A DNA stretch of 64,000 nt from Desulfotignum sp. (GTDB lineage Bacteria; Desulfobacterota; Desulfobacteria; Desulfobacterales; Desulfobacteraceae): NCBI GenBank assembly GCA_034522435.1, contig JAXHLJ010000016.1:72893-136892 (forward strand), in the 5' to 3' direction. The position numbers and the translations under genes are program-made. Position 1 is the first letter of the stretch, and each line of letters opens with the position of its first letter. This document shows, one piece after another, positions 9,321 to 18,200 of this stretch. The notes under the pieces are model-generated. The model searched no databases, was not told the DNA's origin, and saw only the letters and a program-made list of their open reading frames with translations.

Positions 9321-9989
9321 TCAATTCGCATCCCTGAAGATCAATCGTTTTTCACACCAATTTGAGAAAACTTTGAGTAAGTAATAAATAATCAGATAAA
9401 AGACTGCGGTGGTCAGGAATCCTTCCGCAGGCATAAATCGATCAGATGTCAGTAACTGACCCGCCCGTGTCAACTCCATGATGGAAATCAATGAAAGGAG
9501 CGAAGAATCCTTGACTAAAATGATGGCCTGTCCAAGCATCGGCCGGATTGACATACCGAGTGCTTGAGGTAGAATGATATATCTCATGCGCAGGAAATAA
9601 CTCAAGCCGTAGGCGGTGCCTGCTTCCGTTTGTCCGGATGGTATCGCCTGAATACCCGCCCTGATGATCTCGGCATAGTAGGCCCCGCTGTTCAATACAA
9701 GTGCAATAACACCCGTCATCCACTCGGGAAGCATAATGCCGATGGAGGGAAGACCGAAATAGAAAAAATAGAGCTGTACCAATAATGGGGTAGAACGCAT
9801 ACTTGCAATATAAATACCGGCAACACTTTTTAAGGTCCTGAAATGGCTTAATCGCATGGAACAGGATATGATTCCGACCAGGATCGCCCCTGCCAGAGAC
9901 AAGGCAGACAGCCAGAGGGTGGCCAGAAAGCATTGCTGGTACAACGGCAGGTATTCCAATATTACCCTGAAATTGAAGTCTTCTATCAT
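9321..9989 (-). CDS. Amino acid ABC transporter permease (second subunit)
   Basis: 222 aa. Permease loop AYGLSYFLRMRYIILPQALGMSIRPM. Confidence 0.85.
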   Translation of the reverse strand: MIEDFNFRVILEYLPLYQQCFLATLWLSALSLAGAILVGIISCSMRLSHFRTLKSVAGIYIASMRSTPLLVQLYFFYFGLPSIGIMLPEWMTGVIALVLNSGAYYAEIIRAGIQAIPSGQTEAGTAYGLSYFLRMRYIILPQALGMSIRPMLGQAIILVKDSSLLSLISIMELTRAGQLLTSDRFMPAEGFLTTAVFYLIIYYLLKVFSNWCEKRLIFRDAN

Positions 9990-10104
9990 ATCATTTGTCC
10001 TTAAATACTGTTAAGGCTTTGTAACATCTTGTGAGCCGACAACATCCGCCCATCGACTCACAAGATATATATAAACCTGAGGTATCTTGAAGACACTTAA
10101 AAGA

Positions 10105-10926
10105 TTAATGGTCTTCTTTCCACTCCAGAGAATTAATCCAGTAATCGAGATTTTCGTCAAGACGTCCATCCAATCTTGTCTGCATGAAAAACAGGTTGAG
10201 CCAGTTGCGAAGATCTTCTGAATCATAACGCACAGCAAAGGAAAGTGGTGATTTGGAAAGCTGCCCCTCTAAAATTCGAATGCTGTCTGGAGGATAATTC
10301 GTCAATTGGGCACGAACGGATGATCCGTCGTTTACACCGACATCTGCCTGACCACCAATTACCGCATTGATCAACAGCGGGCCTCCTCCTTTAAATGTCT
10401 TCAATTTTGCATCTGAAAAATGCTTCTTCGCATCTCTTGCGCCGGTTGATCCTAAAAGAACGGCCACTTTTGTACCTTTTTTGTTAACATCTTCTATCGA
10501 TTTAATGGGACTGTCCTTTTTAACAAAGACAACGCTTCCGGTATACATGTACGGATCGGGGAAATTGATTTTCATGGCCCTTTTCAGAGTAGGGGTCATA
10601 TCCGCCGCAAGCATGTCCGCCTTTTTGGAGAGAAGGGCCGGAATAAGCCCGTCCCAGTCATAGCTCAAAAATTTTACCTTAACGCCCATTTCCTTTGCGA
10701 TCATTCTGCAAAGTTCAACTGAGCTGCCTGTCCTTTCACCGTTTCTGTTTACAAAACTGAAAGGTGCTCCCTGGGTCTGGCAAGCGATACGGATTTCTCC
10801 TCTTTTAGCAATATCGTCAAGTGTACCGGCTGAAGCCGCCCCTCCTAAGCCAAAAAGCATTACCAATGAAATTAAACCAGCAAACAATTTTGTCATTTTC
10901 ATTTTCGATTCTCCTTTTGTTGTCAT
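10105..10926 (-). CDS. Family-3 periplasmic amino acid-binding protein
   Basis: 273 aa. Signal peptide MKMTKLFAGLISLVMLFGLGGAASA, then a typical polar amino acid SBP fold sequence. The start is more likely 10902 or 10896, because the sequence ggag(g/a)atcgaaaatg is duplicated there. Confidence 0.85.
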   Translation of the reverse strand: MTTKGESKMKMTKLFAGLISLVMLFGLGGAASAGTLDDIAKRGEIRIACQTQGAPFSFVNRNGERTGSSVELCRMIAKEMGVKVKFLSYDWDGLIPALLSKKADMLAADMTPTLKRAMKINFPDPYMYTGSVVFVKKDSPIKSIEDVNKKGTKVAVLLGSTGARDAKKHFSDAKLKTFKGGGPLLINAVIGGQADVGVNDGSSVRAQLTNYPPDSIRILEGQLSKSPLSFAVRYDSEDLRNWLNLFFMQTRLDGRLDENLDYWINSLEWKEDH

Positions 10927-11015
10927 TTTCGATCCTCCTGTTGTTTATTGATTCAAAGGTTTAACCTAATTCATTCTTTTAATGTCAAACCTTCTGATTG
11001 GTTGTATACTCCTAT

Positions 11016-11813
11016 TCATGGGGTTTTGGCCAGTCGAAAACCAATATGCCGAAATTTGTAATGCGGCGGACTTCCAAAACGGCTTGCAGAACGGCAGTCA
11101 CGAGCAGGACTGTACCATACTCCGCCCCTCATAACACGGTATGACCCCGAATGAGGCCCTTTCGGATTTGTAACTTCATCATAGGGATAGACCCCAAACC
11201 AGTCCTGACACCACTCATGTACATTGCCGACCATATCATAAAGACCCCACGAATTGGGTTTTTTCCGGGCTACTGGTTGGACCTTGTTATTTGAATTGCC
11301 GCAATACCACCCGATGGCAACAAGGTTGGGATCGCGGCCACATCCAAGCTCGGTGATGCCTCCATTTGGAAAAGCCTCGGTACTTCCCGCTCTGCATGCA
11401 TACTCCCACTCGGCTTCGGTTGGAAGCCTGTATTTGTCTGTTCCTTCTTTCTGGTTAAGTTTTTGGATGAATTCCTGAACATCGTTCCATGAAACCTGTT
11501 CGACGGGGCAGCCTTTTCCACAAACTTTATTGCTTGACGGATTGGTGCTCATCAAAGCCATCCACTGTTCCTGTGTCACCTCGGTGGTCTGCATGTAAAA
11601 AGGACGTGTCAGGTTAACGGGATGCTGTATTTCCCCTAAAGATCGACCGGGTTCACCTTCAGGGCTTCCCATTGAAAAACTGCCGGATGGAATCAGGACA
11701 AACTCCATTCCGATACTGTTTGTAATTTGTTTTTTGGGCTCCTCAGCATAACCACCGGTTGCAAGAATTAAGATTATCGCAATGAGTTGAATTGTAATAA
11801 TGTATTGTTTCAT
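11016..11813 (-). CDS. Secreted formylglycine-generating-enzyme (FGE-sulfatase/SUMF1) domain protein
   Basis: 265 aa. N-terminal signal peptide and the motifs LPTEAEWEYACRAG, NSWGLYDMVGNVHEWCQDWF and RVMRGGVW. Confidence 0.8.
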   Translation of the reverse strand: MKQYIITIQLIAIILILATGGYAEEPKKQITNSIGMEFVLIPSGSFSMGSPEGEPGRSLGEIQHPVNLTRPFYMQTTEVTQEQWMALMSTNPSSNKVCGKGCPVEQVSWNDVQEFIQKLNQKEGTDKYRLPTEAEWEYACRAGSTEAFPNGGITELGCGRDPNLVAIGWYCGNSNNKVQPVARKKPNSWGLYDMVGNVHEWCQDWFGVYPYDEVTNPKGPHSGSYRVMRGGVWYSPARDCRSASRFGSPPHYKFRHIGFRLAKTP

Positions 11814-11843
11814 TATTTTTTCCTCATTTCAAAGCCTGAAAAA

Positions 11844-11871
11844 TTTCTATTAATAAATTTTCTATTAATAA
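11844..11871. repeat. Two direct copies of tttctattaataa spaced 15 bp apart, in the divergent AT-rich promoter region next to the Lrp gene
   Basis: Read directly from the sequence. TTGATT-N13-AATCAA lies just downstream. Confidence 0.6.
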
Positions 11872-12160
11872 TTATATTGATTAAAATATATTGTCAATCA
11901 AAAAATGTGCAATTGGAAAAATTTAAAATTTTATGTTGATTTTTAAAATGATTTTATTTCAGTACAGGCCATAGGCGCGGCTTTCAATTTTTTGATGGGG
12001 GGGCTTTGACTTGTCTGGTGAAAATCGGTTTAGAAATCAAGACAAACTCTCAAATGTTTTTTTTCTTTTTTTTTTAGTGTGATAGTGTTACCCTGTATCT
12101 GTTTTCATGTGGTTATATGCTCTCATGAACTGTTTTTTTAGTATTATTCAGGAGGCGTTT

Positions 12161-12637
12161 GTGGGAAAAACCAATCTTGATTCATTGGATAATGCAATTA
12201 TTCGCATGCTGACCAAGGATGGGCGCATTTCCACCGGTGAAATGGCAAAACAACTCGATGTGACCGCTCCGACTATTCGAAAGCGAATAACAGCCCTTGA
12301 AAACAAAGGGATATTTAAAGTTTCAGGAGTAATTGATCCAAGCCGGCACCAGGAAATGATAACCGCATTGGTTGCCATGAGCTTCCATTCCGAAGGAAAA
12401 CTGAATCAAATACTGGATAAGATTACCCAGTTGCCGAATGTCTCCTGGGCAGGTGTGGTAACAGGACGATACGACATCATCGCCGAAGTAATCTGCGTGA
12501 AGGGCAAGGAAGAACTTTACCGGTTCACCAGTGAGACGATACTTAATATCGGCAATATCACCAGAAGTGAAACATTCATTCTCATGAGATCCAAGAACAA
12601 CTGGCTGCGCTTACCTCAAAGCATCGAAGAAATTTAG
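12161..12637 (+). CDS. Lrp/AsnC family transcriptional regulator
   Basis: HTH region LDNAIIRMLTKDGRISTGEMAKQLDVTAPTIRKRITALE plus a C-terminal RAM/AsnC_trans_reg-like domain. I chose the GTG at 12161, which is preceded by AGGAGG, over the ATG at 12107. Confidence 0.8.
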   Translation: MGKTNLDSLDNAIIRMLTKDGRISTGEMAKQLDVTAPTIRKRITALENKGIFKVSGVIDPSRHQEMITALVAMSFHSEGKLNQILDKITQLPNVSWAGVVTGRYDIIAEVICVKGKEELYRFTSETILNIGNITRSETFILMRSKNNWLRLPQSIEEI

Positions 12638-12816
12638 GCCGTCGGAAATAAATAATTCTTCCATAGGACGCAAGATTTTGGTCAATACTCAAGGCGAGCC
12701 CGTGGGAGCATATTAAAATATGTGCCCATCGGCGCAACGCAGAAGACGGACCCAAAGGCAAGTCGGATGGTGGACATTATTATTTTCGAACATATTTCCA
12801 AGCAGAAAAAAATTTC

Positions 12817-12845
12817 TTGACAAGTTATCTATATAAATTTATTTA
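12817..12845 (+). promoter_or_regulatory. Candidate sigma-70 promoter for the opine dehydrogenase gene
   Basis: TTGACA, 17-nt spacer, TATTTA, about 120 nt upstream of the ATG at 12966. Confidence 0.35.
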
Positions 12846-12965
12846 AGGATACTATATTTTCTAAAAAGAAAATATTTGTATAAAAAATTATCAGCATAAA
12901 AACCGAGGATGCTTTTTGTTTCGGTAAACAGGAGCATCAAAGTAATCAATTAGGAGATCAATACC

Positions 12966-14048
12966 ATGAACATCACTGTATTGGGTTCAGGAAACGGAGG
13001 CTGTGCGGTTGCATTCGACTGTGCCGCCCAAGGCCATCAAGTCAGTTTGTTTGATTTTCAACAGTTTCCAGAAAGCATCAAAGCTGTTCGGAAAAATGGT
13101 GGAATTTATTGCGAAGGCGTTCTTCAGGGTTTTCAGCCGGTGAGATATGCAGGGCATGACATTGAAAAAGCACTGGATGGAGCCGACATCATATATGCCG
13201 TGGGTCCTGCTTACAGTACCAGGCCTTTTGCAGAAGCCTGCGGCCCGCACCTTACGTCAGGGCAGATTGTTATCGTATGCCCGGGTTCGTGTGGCGGGGC
13301 TCTTGAATTTAAAAACGGAGCAGGTCTGGACCTTCGCAATGAAGAGGTTATCGCATCGGAAACATCTACCCTGCCATATGCCGTCCGTCTGCTTGAGCCC
13401 GGGAAAATCAAAATTTTCAATAAACTCAAAGGCGGGCTGCTCCTTGCCGCGGTTCCTGCCCAACATACCAATCATGTGATTGAGAAGGTCAACGATGTCT
13501 ATCCCACCATGACGGCAGCAAAAAATATTCTGCAGACCAGCCTGCAGAACGGCAACCCGGTCATCCACCCTGCGATTACACTCATGAATGTTGCCGCAAT
13601 CGAACGTACCAAAGGCGATTTCGATTTTTACCAAGAAGGTGTCACACCTGCCGTCGGCAGACTGATCAAAGCGGTTGACGAAGAACGAATCGCCATTGGA
13701 AAAAAACTAGGGGTAAAAGTTATCCCTGATCCTGAATTAGGGGTCATCCAAGGCTATATGCTGGAAGCAACTTATGATACAGGATTTATAACAGCGCCGG
13801 GATTTAAAGGAGTTAAAGCCCAGAAGAGCCTGGATTACCGGTATTTCCATGAAGACGTGGGGTACGGACTTGTATTTCTTCAGAAGCTTGGCGAACAGGT
13901 TCGGGTGTCCACCCCGATTATTTCATCAGTGATCACAATGGTTTCCTGTTTGATGAACCGAGACTATCTCGGCGAAGCCATGCGCACAACGGAAACCTTG
14001 GGGCTTTCAAATTACACTGCAGAAGAGTTGGAAAAATTGTTGGCGTAA
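12966..14048 (+). CDS. NAD(P)-dependent opine dehydrogenase family protein (octopine/nopaline dehydrogenase fold)
   Basis: 360 aa. N-terminal Rossmann ITVLGSGNGGCAVAFDCA. Colinear with recalled Arthrobacter-type opine dehydrogenase landmarks (ETSTLPYA, NPVIHPAITLMN, YFHEDVGYGLV). Confidence 0.8.
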   Translation: MNITVLGSGNGGCAVAFDCAAQGHQVSLFDFQQFPESIKAVRKNGGIYCEGVLQGFQPVRYAGHDIEKALDGADIIYAVGPAYSTRPFAEACGPHLTSGQIVIVCPGSCGGALEFKNGAGLDLRNEEVIASETSTLPYAVRLLEPGKIKIFNKLKGGLLLAAVPAQHTNHVIEKVNDVYPTMTAAKNILQTSLQNGNPVIHPAITLMNVAAIERTKGDFDFYQEGVTPAVGRLIKAVDEERIAIGKKLGVKVIPDPELGVIQGYMLEATYDTGFITAPGFKGVKAQKSLDYRYFHEDVGYGLVFLQKLGEQVRVSTPIISSVITMVSCLMNRDYLGEAMRTTETLGLSNYTAEELEKLLA

Positions 14049-14160
14049 TCTTAATCCATTGGAAAAATATTTTAAAAACTCACCTGCTTCATTCAGAAAA
14101 AAAATCCAGGGCAGGCAGGTGACGGATTCCTTTTTGCGGCGGCAATGGCAGGTCTCATCC

Positions 14161-14287
14161 AATGAATTGTCATTCATGGTTAATCCCGCATGATTCATCC
14201 CATGGATGGCGCTTGAAAAAAAAAACCGCTTCTGGTAGGGTGCAGCGTTGTTTTGGTCGGATACCGGATTTTTTTTCAAACAGATGG
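14161..14287 (+). repeat. Direct repeat copy B (~127 bp), right flank of the AT-rich block and leader of the 14298 gene
   Basis: See copy A. Contains ATGAAT-TGTC-ATTCAT (14162-14177), two CATGRTTMATCC direct repeats, and TTGAAA-N17-TAGGGT. Confidence 0.85.
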
Positions 14288-14297
14288 AGACCTGTCA

Positions 14298-15341
14298 ATG
14301 TCCCGGATACCCATAAAGGTTCAGGCTTTTTCAATCCTGAATATTGCTTCAGTTGCCGGTTTGATTCTCAAGCTCCAGCAGCCGTCAGGCGACATTCCCT
14401 GGCACGTGGACGGCAAAACAGACCCCTGGGACCTGGTGGAATCCGTGATGGGACTCAATATCGCCGGGTATCACGTCGAAGCCCGCCAGGCCGTGGCATG
14501 GCTTGCCCGGCAGCAGAACCCGGATGGATCGTGGTTTTCCGCATATGTGAACGGCGTTCCTGAGGACCGCACCTGCCAGACCCACATGGCCTGCTATATT
14601 GCGGTGGGGTTGTTTCACGCGTACCTGATCACGGGAGACCGGACATGGCTGACAACATTCTGGCCCACCATGGAAAAAGGGATCGATTACGCGCTGGCAC
14701 TCCAGGCGGGCACAGGAGAGATCTACTGGGCCCGGAGTCCGGAAGGAAACATCGATCCCATGTCGCTGCTGGCCGGATCTTCTTCCGTGTTCATGAGTCT
14801 GAAATGCGCCCTGGGTATCAGCCGGCTCCTGGGCCGGGCCCGACCTGACTGGGAAGACGCGTGGGACCGGCTCGGGCGCTCTTTGAGGGAGAACCTGCAC
14901 AGCTACAACGTCAGCAAGTCCCGGTTTTCCATGTACTGGTTCTATCCCGTCCTGTGCGGCGCCATCCAGGGAGACAAGGCCCGAACCCGGGTGGAAAAAT
15001 ACTGGCACAAATACATGATCGACGGCCAGGGGGCCAGGTGTGTGTCGGATCGGCCCTGGGTGACCATTGCGGAAACCTGTGAACTGGTGTTGACGCTGGA
15101 TGCCATGGGCAACCGGGAAAAAGCCGGGATCGTGTTCTCCTGGATTCAGGACCGGGTGTATGAGGACAGGACCTTCTGGTGCGGGTATACCTATCCGGAC
15201 ATGGTGATCTGGCCGGAAGAAAAGATCTCCTGGACCAATGCCGTGGCCCTGTTGGCGGCGGATGCGCTCTATGACCTGACCCCGGGGGCCGGCCTGTTCC
15301 GCCATGAGAACTGGCAGGGCTTTGTGTTCAAAGGGATCTGA
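14298..15341 (+). CDS. Prenyltransferase/squalene-cyclase-like alpha/alpha-toroid repeat protein
   Basis: About 347 aa from the ATG at 14298 (GGAG 8 nt upstream). Repeat-like segments QQPSGDIPW and QQNPDGSWF resemble terpenoid cyclase/prenyltransferase repeats. Confidence 0.6.
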   Translation: MSRIPIKVQAFSILNIASVAGLILKLQQPSGDIPWHVDGKTDPWDLVESVMGLNIAGYHVEARQAVAWLARQQNPDGSWFSAYVNGVPEDRTCQTHMACYIAVGLFHAYLITGDRTWLTTFWPTMEKGIDYALALQAGTGEIYWARSPEGNIDPMSLLAGSSSVFMSLKCALGISRLLGRARPDWEDAWDRLGRSLRENLHSYNVSKSRFSMYWFYPVLCGAIQGDKARTRVEKYWHKYMIDGQGARCVSDRPWVTIAETCELVLTLDAMGNREKAGIVFSWIQDRVYEDRTFWCGYTYPDMVIWPEEKISWTNAVALLAADALYDLTPGAGLFRHENWQGFVFKGI

Positions 15342-15342
15342 C

Positions 15343-16059
15343 ATGATTCGGGATTTGCGGCCCTGGTATATCAAGCAGGCCTGGTACCGGCTTCAGCATC
15401 TGTATGTGCGCCATTATCTGGTGCCCCAGCTGACCTGCCTGGGAGATCACCCCTTTATCATCAAACCCTGGTATATCGAACTGTTTGGCGGCCCCATCCG
15501 TATCGGCAGCCATGTAACCCTGCTGGGATGTTCGGACAAGAAAACAAGATTGACGGTGTGGTCGGACAGAAAAGAGATCCCGGGCATCTCCATCGGGGAC
15601 CATGTGCTCATCTCTCCTGGCGTTCGGATCAGTGCGGCCCACAGCATCACCATCAGTGATTCCTGCATGCTGGCCAGCCATGCCTATATCACGGATTCGG
15701 ACTGGCACGGCATCTATGACCGGTCACTGACACCAAAAGAAAATTACAGCGTGGTGCTGGAAAAAAATGTCTGGATCGGGGATTCCGCCATTGTGTGCAA
15801 AGGGGTGCGCATCGGTGAAAACAGTATTGTGGGTGCCGGCAGTGTGGTCACCTGTGATATTCCGGCCAATGTCATTGCCGCAGGCAACCCCGCTAAAGTG
15901 ATCCGTCACCTGGATCCTGAAAAAAAAATGATTACCCGCAAAGACCGGTATCATGATACCGCGCAGATGACCCGGTTTCTGGAAACATCGGAAAAAGCCG
16001 CGCTCGAGGGCAATACCCTGCTGGGATGGCTGCGGTCCCTGTTTTTTCCGGGCCGATAG
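15343..16059 (+). CDS. Hexapeptide-repeat (left-handed beta-helix) acyl/acetyltransferase
   Basis: Start 1 nt after the upstream stop. Hexapeptide region NVWIGDSAIVCKGVRIGENSIVGAGSVVTCDIPANVIAAGNPAKVI. Confidence 0.8.
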   Translation: MIRDLRPWYIKQAWYRLQHLYVRHYLVPQLTCLGDHPFIIKPWYIELFGGPIRIGSHVTLLGCSDKKTRLTVWSDRKEIPGISIGDHVLISPGVRISAAHSITISDSCMLASHAYITDSDWHGIYDRSLTPKENYSVVLEKNVWIGDSAIVCKGVRIGENSIVGAGSVVTCDIPANVIAAGNPAKVIRHLDPEKKMITRKDRYHDTAQMTRFLETSEKAALEGNTLLGWLRSLFFPGR

Positions 16060-16068
16060 GCAAAAAGA

Positions 16069-18006
16069 TCAGATATCTTTGATCCGCCTGAGAATGACGG
16101 TAAGCTGTTCCAGGCACGGGGTGATTTTCTCCACGTCAAAGGCATCGACATCATCGGACAGGTTTTGGCCGAACTGTGTGAACGCCGTCAAATCGAATCG
16201 GCGGCCCAGCCCGATGAAATGATCGGCAATGGCCCGGGCATCCGACATTTTCACCCCTTCCTGATCCCCGGGCAGCAAAGGAAAAATGTTTGTCCGAAGC
16301 GCTGTCAACAGGTCAGCATGATGGTCCAGGGCCTGTCGAATCAGGGATTCGGACAGCATCGTCACAGAAAGGGATGGGGCGACGTCCGGCGTACCCGCAT
16401 CTGATGGTTTTTGGGCCTGTTTTTCAGCCCGGCTGACCATCACGCCGGGCAGAAAAACTTCAAAACTGCTTCCGATACCCGGCTGACTGTCCACATCGAT
16501 GCGTCCTTTCATCAACGCCACCAGCTGCCGGCTGATGGTCAGTCCCAGACCGGTGCCCCCGTATTTTCGATTGATGTCGGTATTTTCCTGTTCAAAAGAT
16601 TCGAAAATCAACTGCTGTTTGTCTCCGGCAATGCCGATGCCGGTATCCCGGACCCGGATCATCAGATCCAGGGTGTCCGGGCCCGGACGGTCCAAAATTG
16701 TTACAGACAAACGGATCTCCCCGTGTTCCGTGAATTTGACGGCATTGTCCACCAGGTTGGTCAACACCTGGCGAAGCCGCATCTCATCCAGAAGCACAAA
16801 CTTTGGCAGATGGGTATCCACATGAATGGAAAAGGTCAGAAGTTTCCGGGACAGTTTGACCTTGAACATATGGTGAATTTCATGAAACAGGGCGTGCAGG
16901 GACACAGGGGTTTCATGAATGGCGATTTTTCCCGATTCGACGCTGGACAAATCCAGCAGGTTGGTGATCAGCACCAGCAGATGTTTACCCGCCGTGGTGA
17001 TGGACTGGAGATAATTTTTCTGCTGGGTGTCCGAAACCATGGTGGACAGCACTTCACTGAAGCCGATGACCGAATTGATGGGGGTCCGTATTTCATGGCT
17101 CATGTTGGCCAGAAAGTCACTTTTGGCCTGGTTGGCTTTCTGGAGTTCCTGTTCTTTTTGTTTTCTCACCAAAATTTCGTTGTTCAGGGCCTGGTTCAGA
17201 AAGGTCAGGTTCCTTGTCCGTTCCGCCACCCGGTTTTCCAGGTCCTGGTGGGACCGTTTCAGGGCTGTAAGCGTTTCCTTGAGCTGTTCCGCCATCTGGT
17301 TGAATTTGGTTGCCAGGTCTCCGAATTCATCGTTGGAATGGACCGGGATCCGGATGTCCAGATCCCCTTTGCCGATTCGGTCCGCGCCCTGAACCAGATT
17401 CTTCAAAGGACGGGTCAGCCGCCGGGTCAGCAGCATCAGCGCCAGGGAGATGAGCAGTGCGACAAACACGCCCATGCCATAGAGAAACGGCCGCATACGA
17501 TCGGCCACCCCGTAGATTTCCTGCATGGGATCCACAGCTACTAGATACCACTCCCAGGGGGGAAAATAGGCGGATCTGGCCAGCACAGGTTCCGGGCCCA
17601 TGGTCATTATCAGTCGTGGTACGTCGTTCAAAATTCCCTTGAACCAGTCGGTATGGTGTATCCGGGTATCGACCATGTGCGGGTCCGGATGAGAGACGAT
17701 CCGGCCGTCCCGGGTGACAACGATCATGTATCCGAGCTTGCCCACCCCGATATCGGCAATACCCGTCACCGAATCCATCTGCGCTTTGGTGATACTGGCC
17801 GGAATCTCTGCCAGCCCATAGTCCCGAAGCATTTTTTCCTGGGACGAGACAATGACCATGGCTTCGGACAGCCGGGTGTCCAGCCAGGTTTCTCCCAAAT
17901 CCACCAGCGCGGCCCGCGAAAAATAATAGGTGGTTTCAACGATGACCCAGAGCGAGACAATGATCAGAGGAAGGGTGGTCATCAGGATTTTACCGTAGAT
18001 TTTCAT
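16069..18006 (-). CDS. Membrane sensor histidine kinase (extracytoplasmic sensor domain, HAMP, coiled coil, HisKA, HATPase_c, extra C-terminal ~120 aa)
   Basis: Start taken at MKIYGKILMTT (18006), because the longer ORF runs into the divergent gene. Motifs: HAMP RPLKNLVQGADRIGKGDLDIRIP, H-box SHEIRTPINSVIGFSE, G-boxes DTGIGI and GGTGLGLTIS. Confidence 0.85.
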   Translation of the reverse strand: MKIYGKILMTTLPLIIVSLWVIVETTYYFSRAALVDLGETWLDTRLSEAMVIVSSQEKMLRDYGLAEIPASITKAQMDSVTGIADIGVGKLGYMIVVTRDGRIVSHPDPHMVDTRIHHTDWFKGILNDVPRLIMTMGPEPVLARSAYFPPWEWYLVAVDPMQEIYGVADRMRPFLYGMGVFVALLISLALMLLTRRLTRPLKNLVQGADRIGKGDLDIRIPVHSNDEFGDLATKFNQMAEQLKETLTALKRSHQDLENRVAERTRNLTFLNQALNNEILVRKQKEQELQKANQAKSDFLANMSHEIRTPINSVIGFSEVLSTMVSDTQQKNYLQSITTAGKHLLVLITNLLDLSSVESGKIAIHETPVSLHALFHEIHHMFKVKLSRKLLTFSIHVDTHLPKFVLLDEMRLRQVLTNLVDNAVKFTEHGEIRLSVTILDRPGPDTLDLMIRVRDTGIGIAGDKQQLIFESFEQENTDINRKYGGTGLGLTISRQLVALMKGRIDVDSQPGIGSSFEVFLPGVMVSRAEKQAQKPSDAGTPDVAPSLSVTMLSESLIRQALDHHADLLTALRTNIFPLLPGDQEGVKMSDARAIADHFIGLGRRFDLTAFTQFGQNLSDDVDAFDVEKITPCLEQLTVILRRIKDI

Positions 18007-18200
18007 GAAGAAATTCTTATCACCCCTGAACCGTTTTGCAAATGAAAAATTGATGATTATCATAGATGCCGGTATTAGAGAATGAAACCAAGGAGAAAAA
18101 CTGGTGACCCGGCATGCAGGATGACCGGCATCGATCCGGTAGAGATGAGAAGACGCGAAAGACAATTGTGAAAAATTTCGGGATCTGATACACACGCAGT

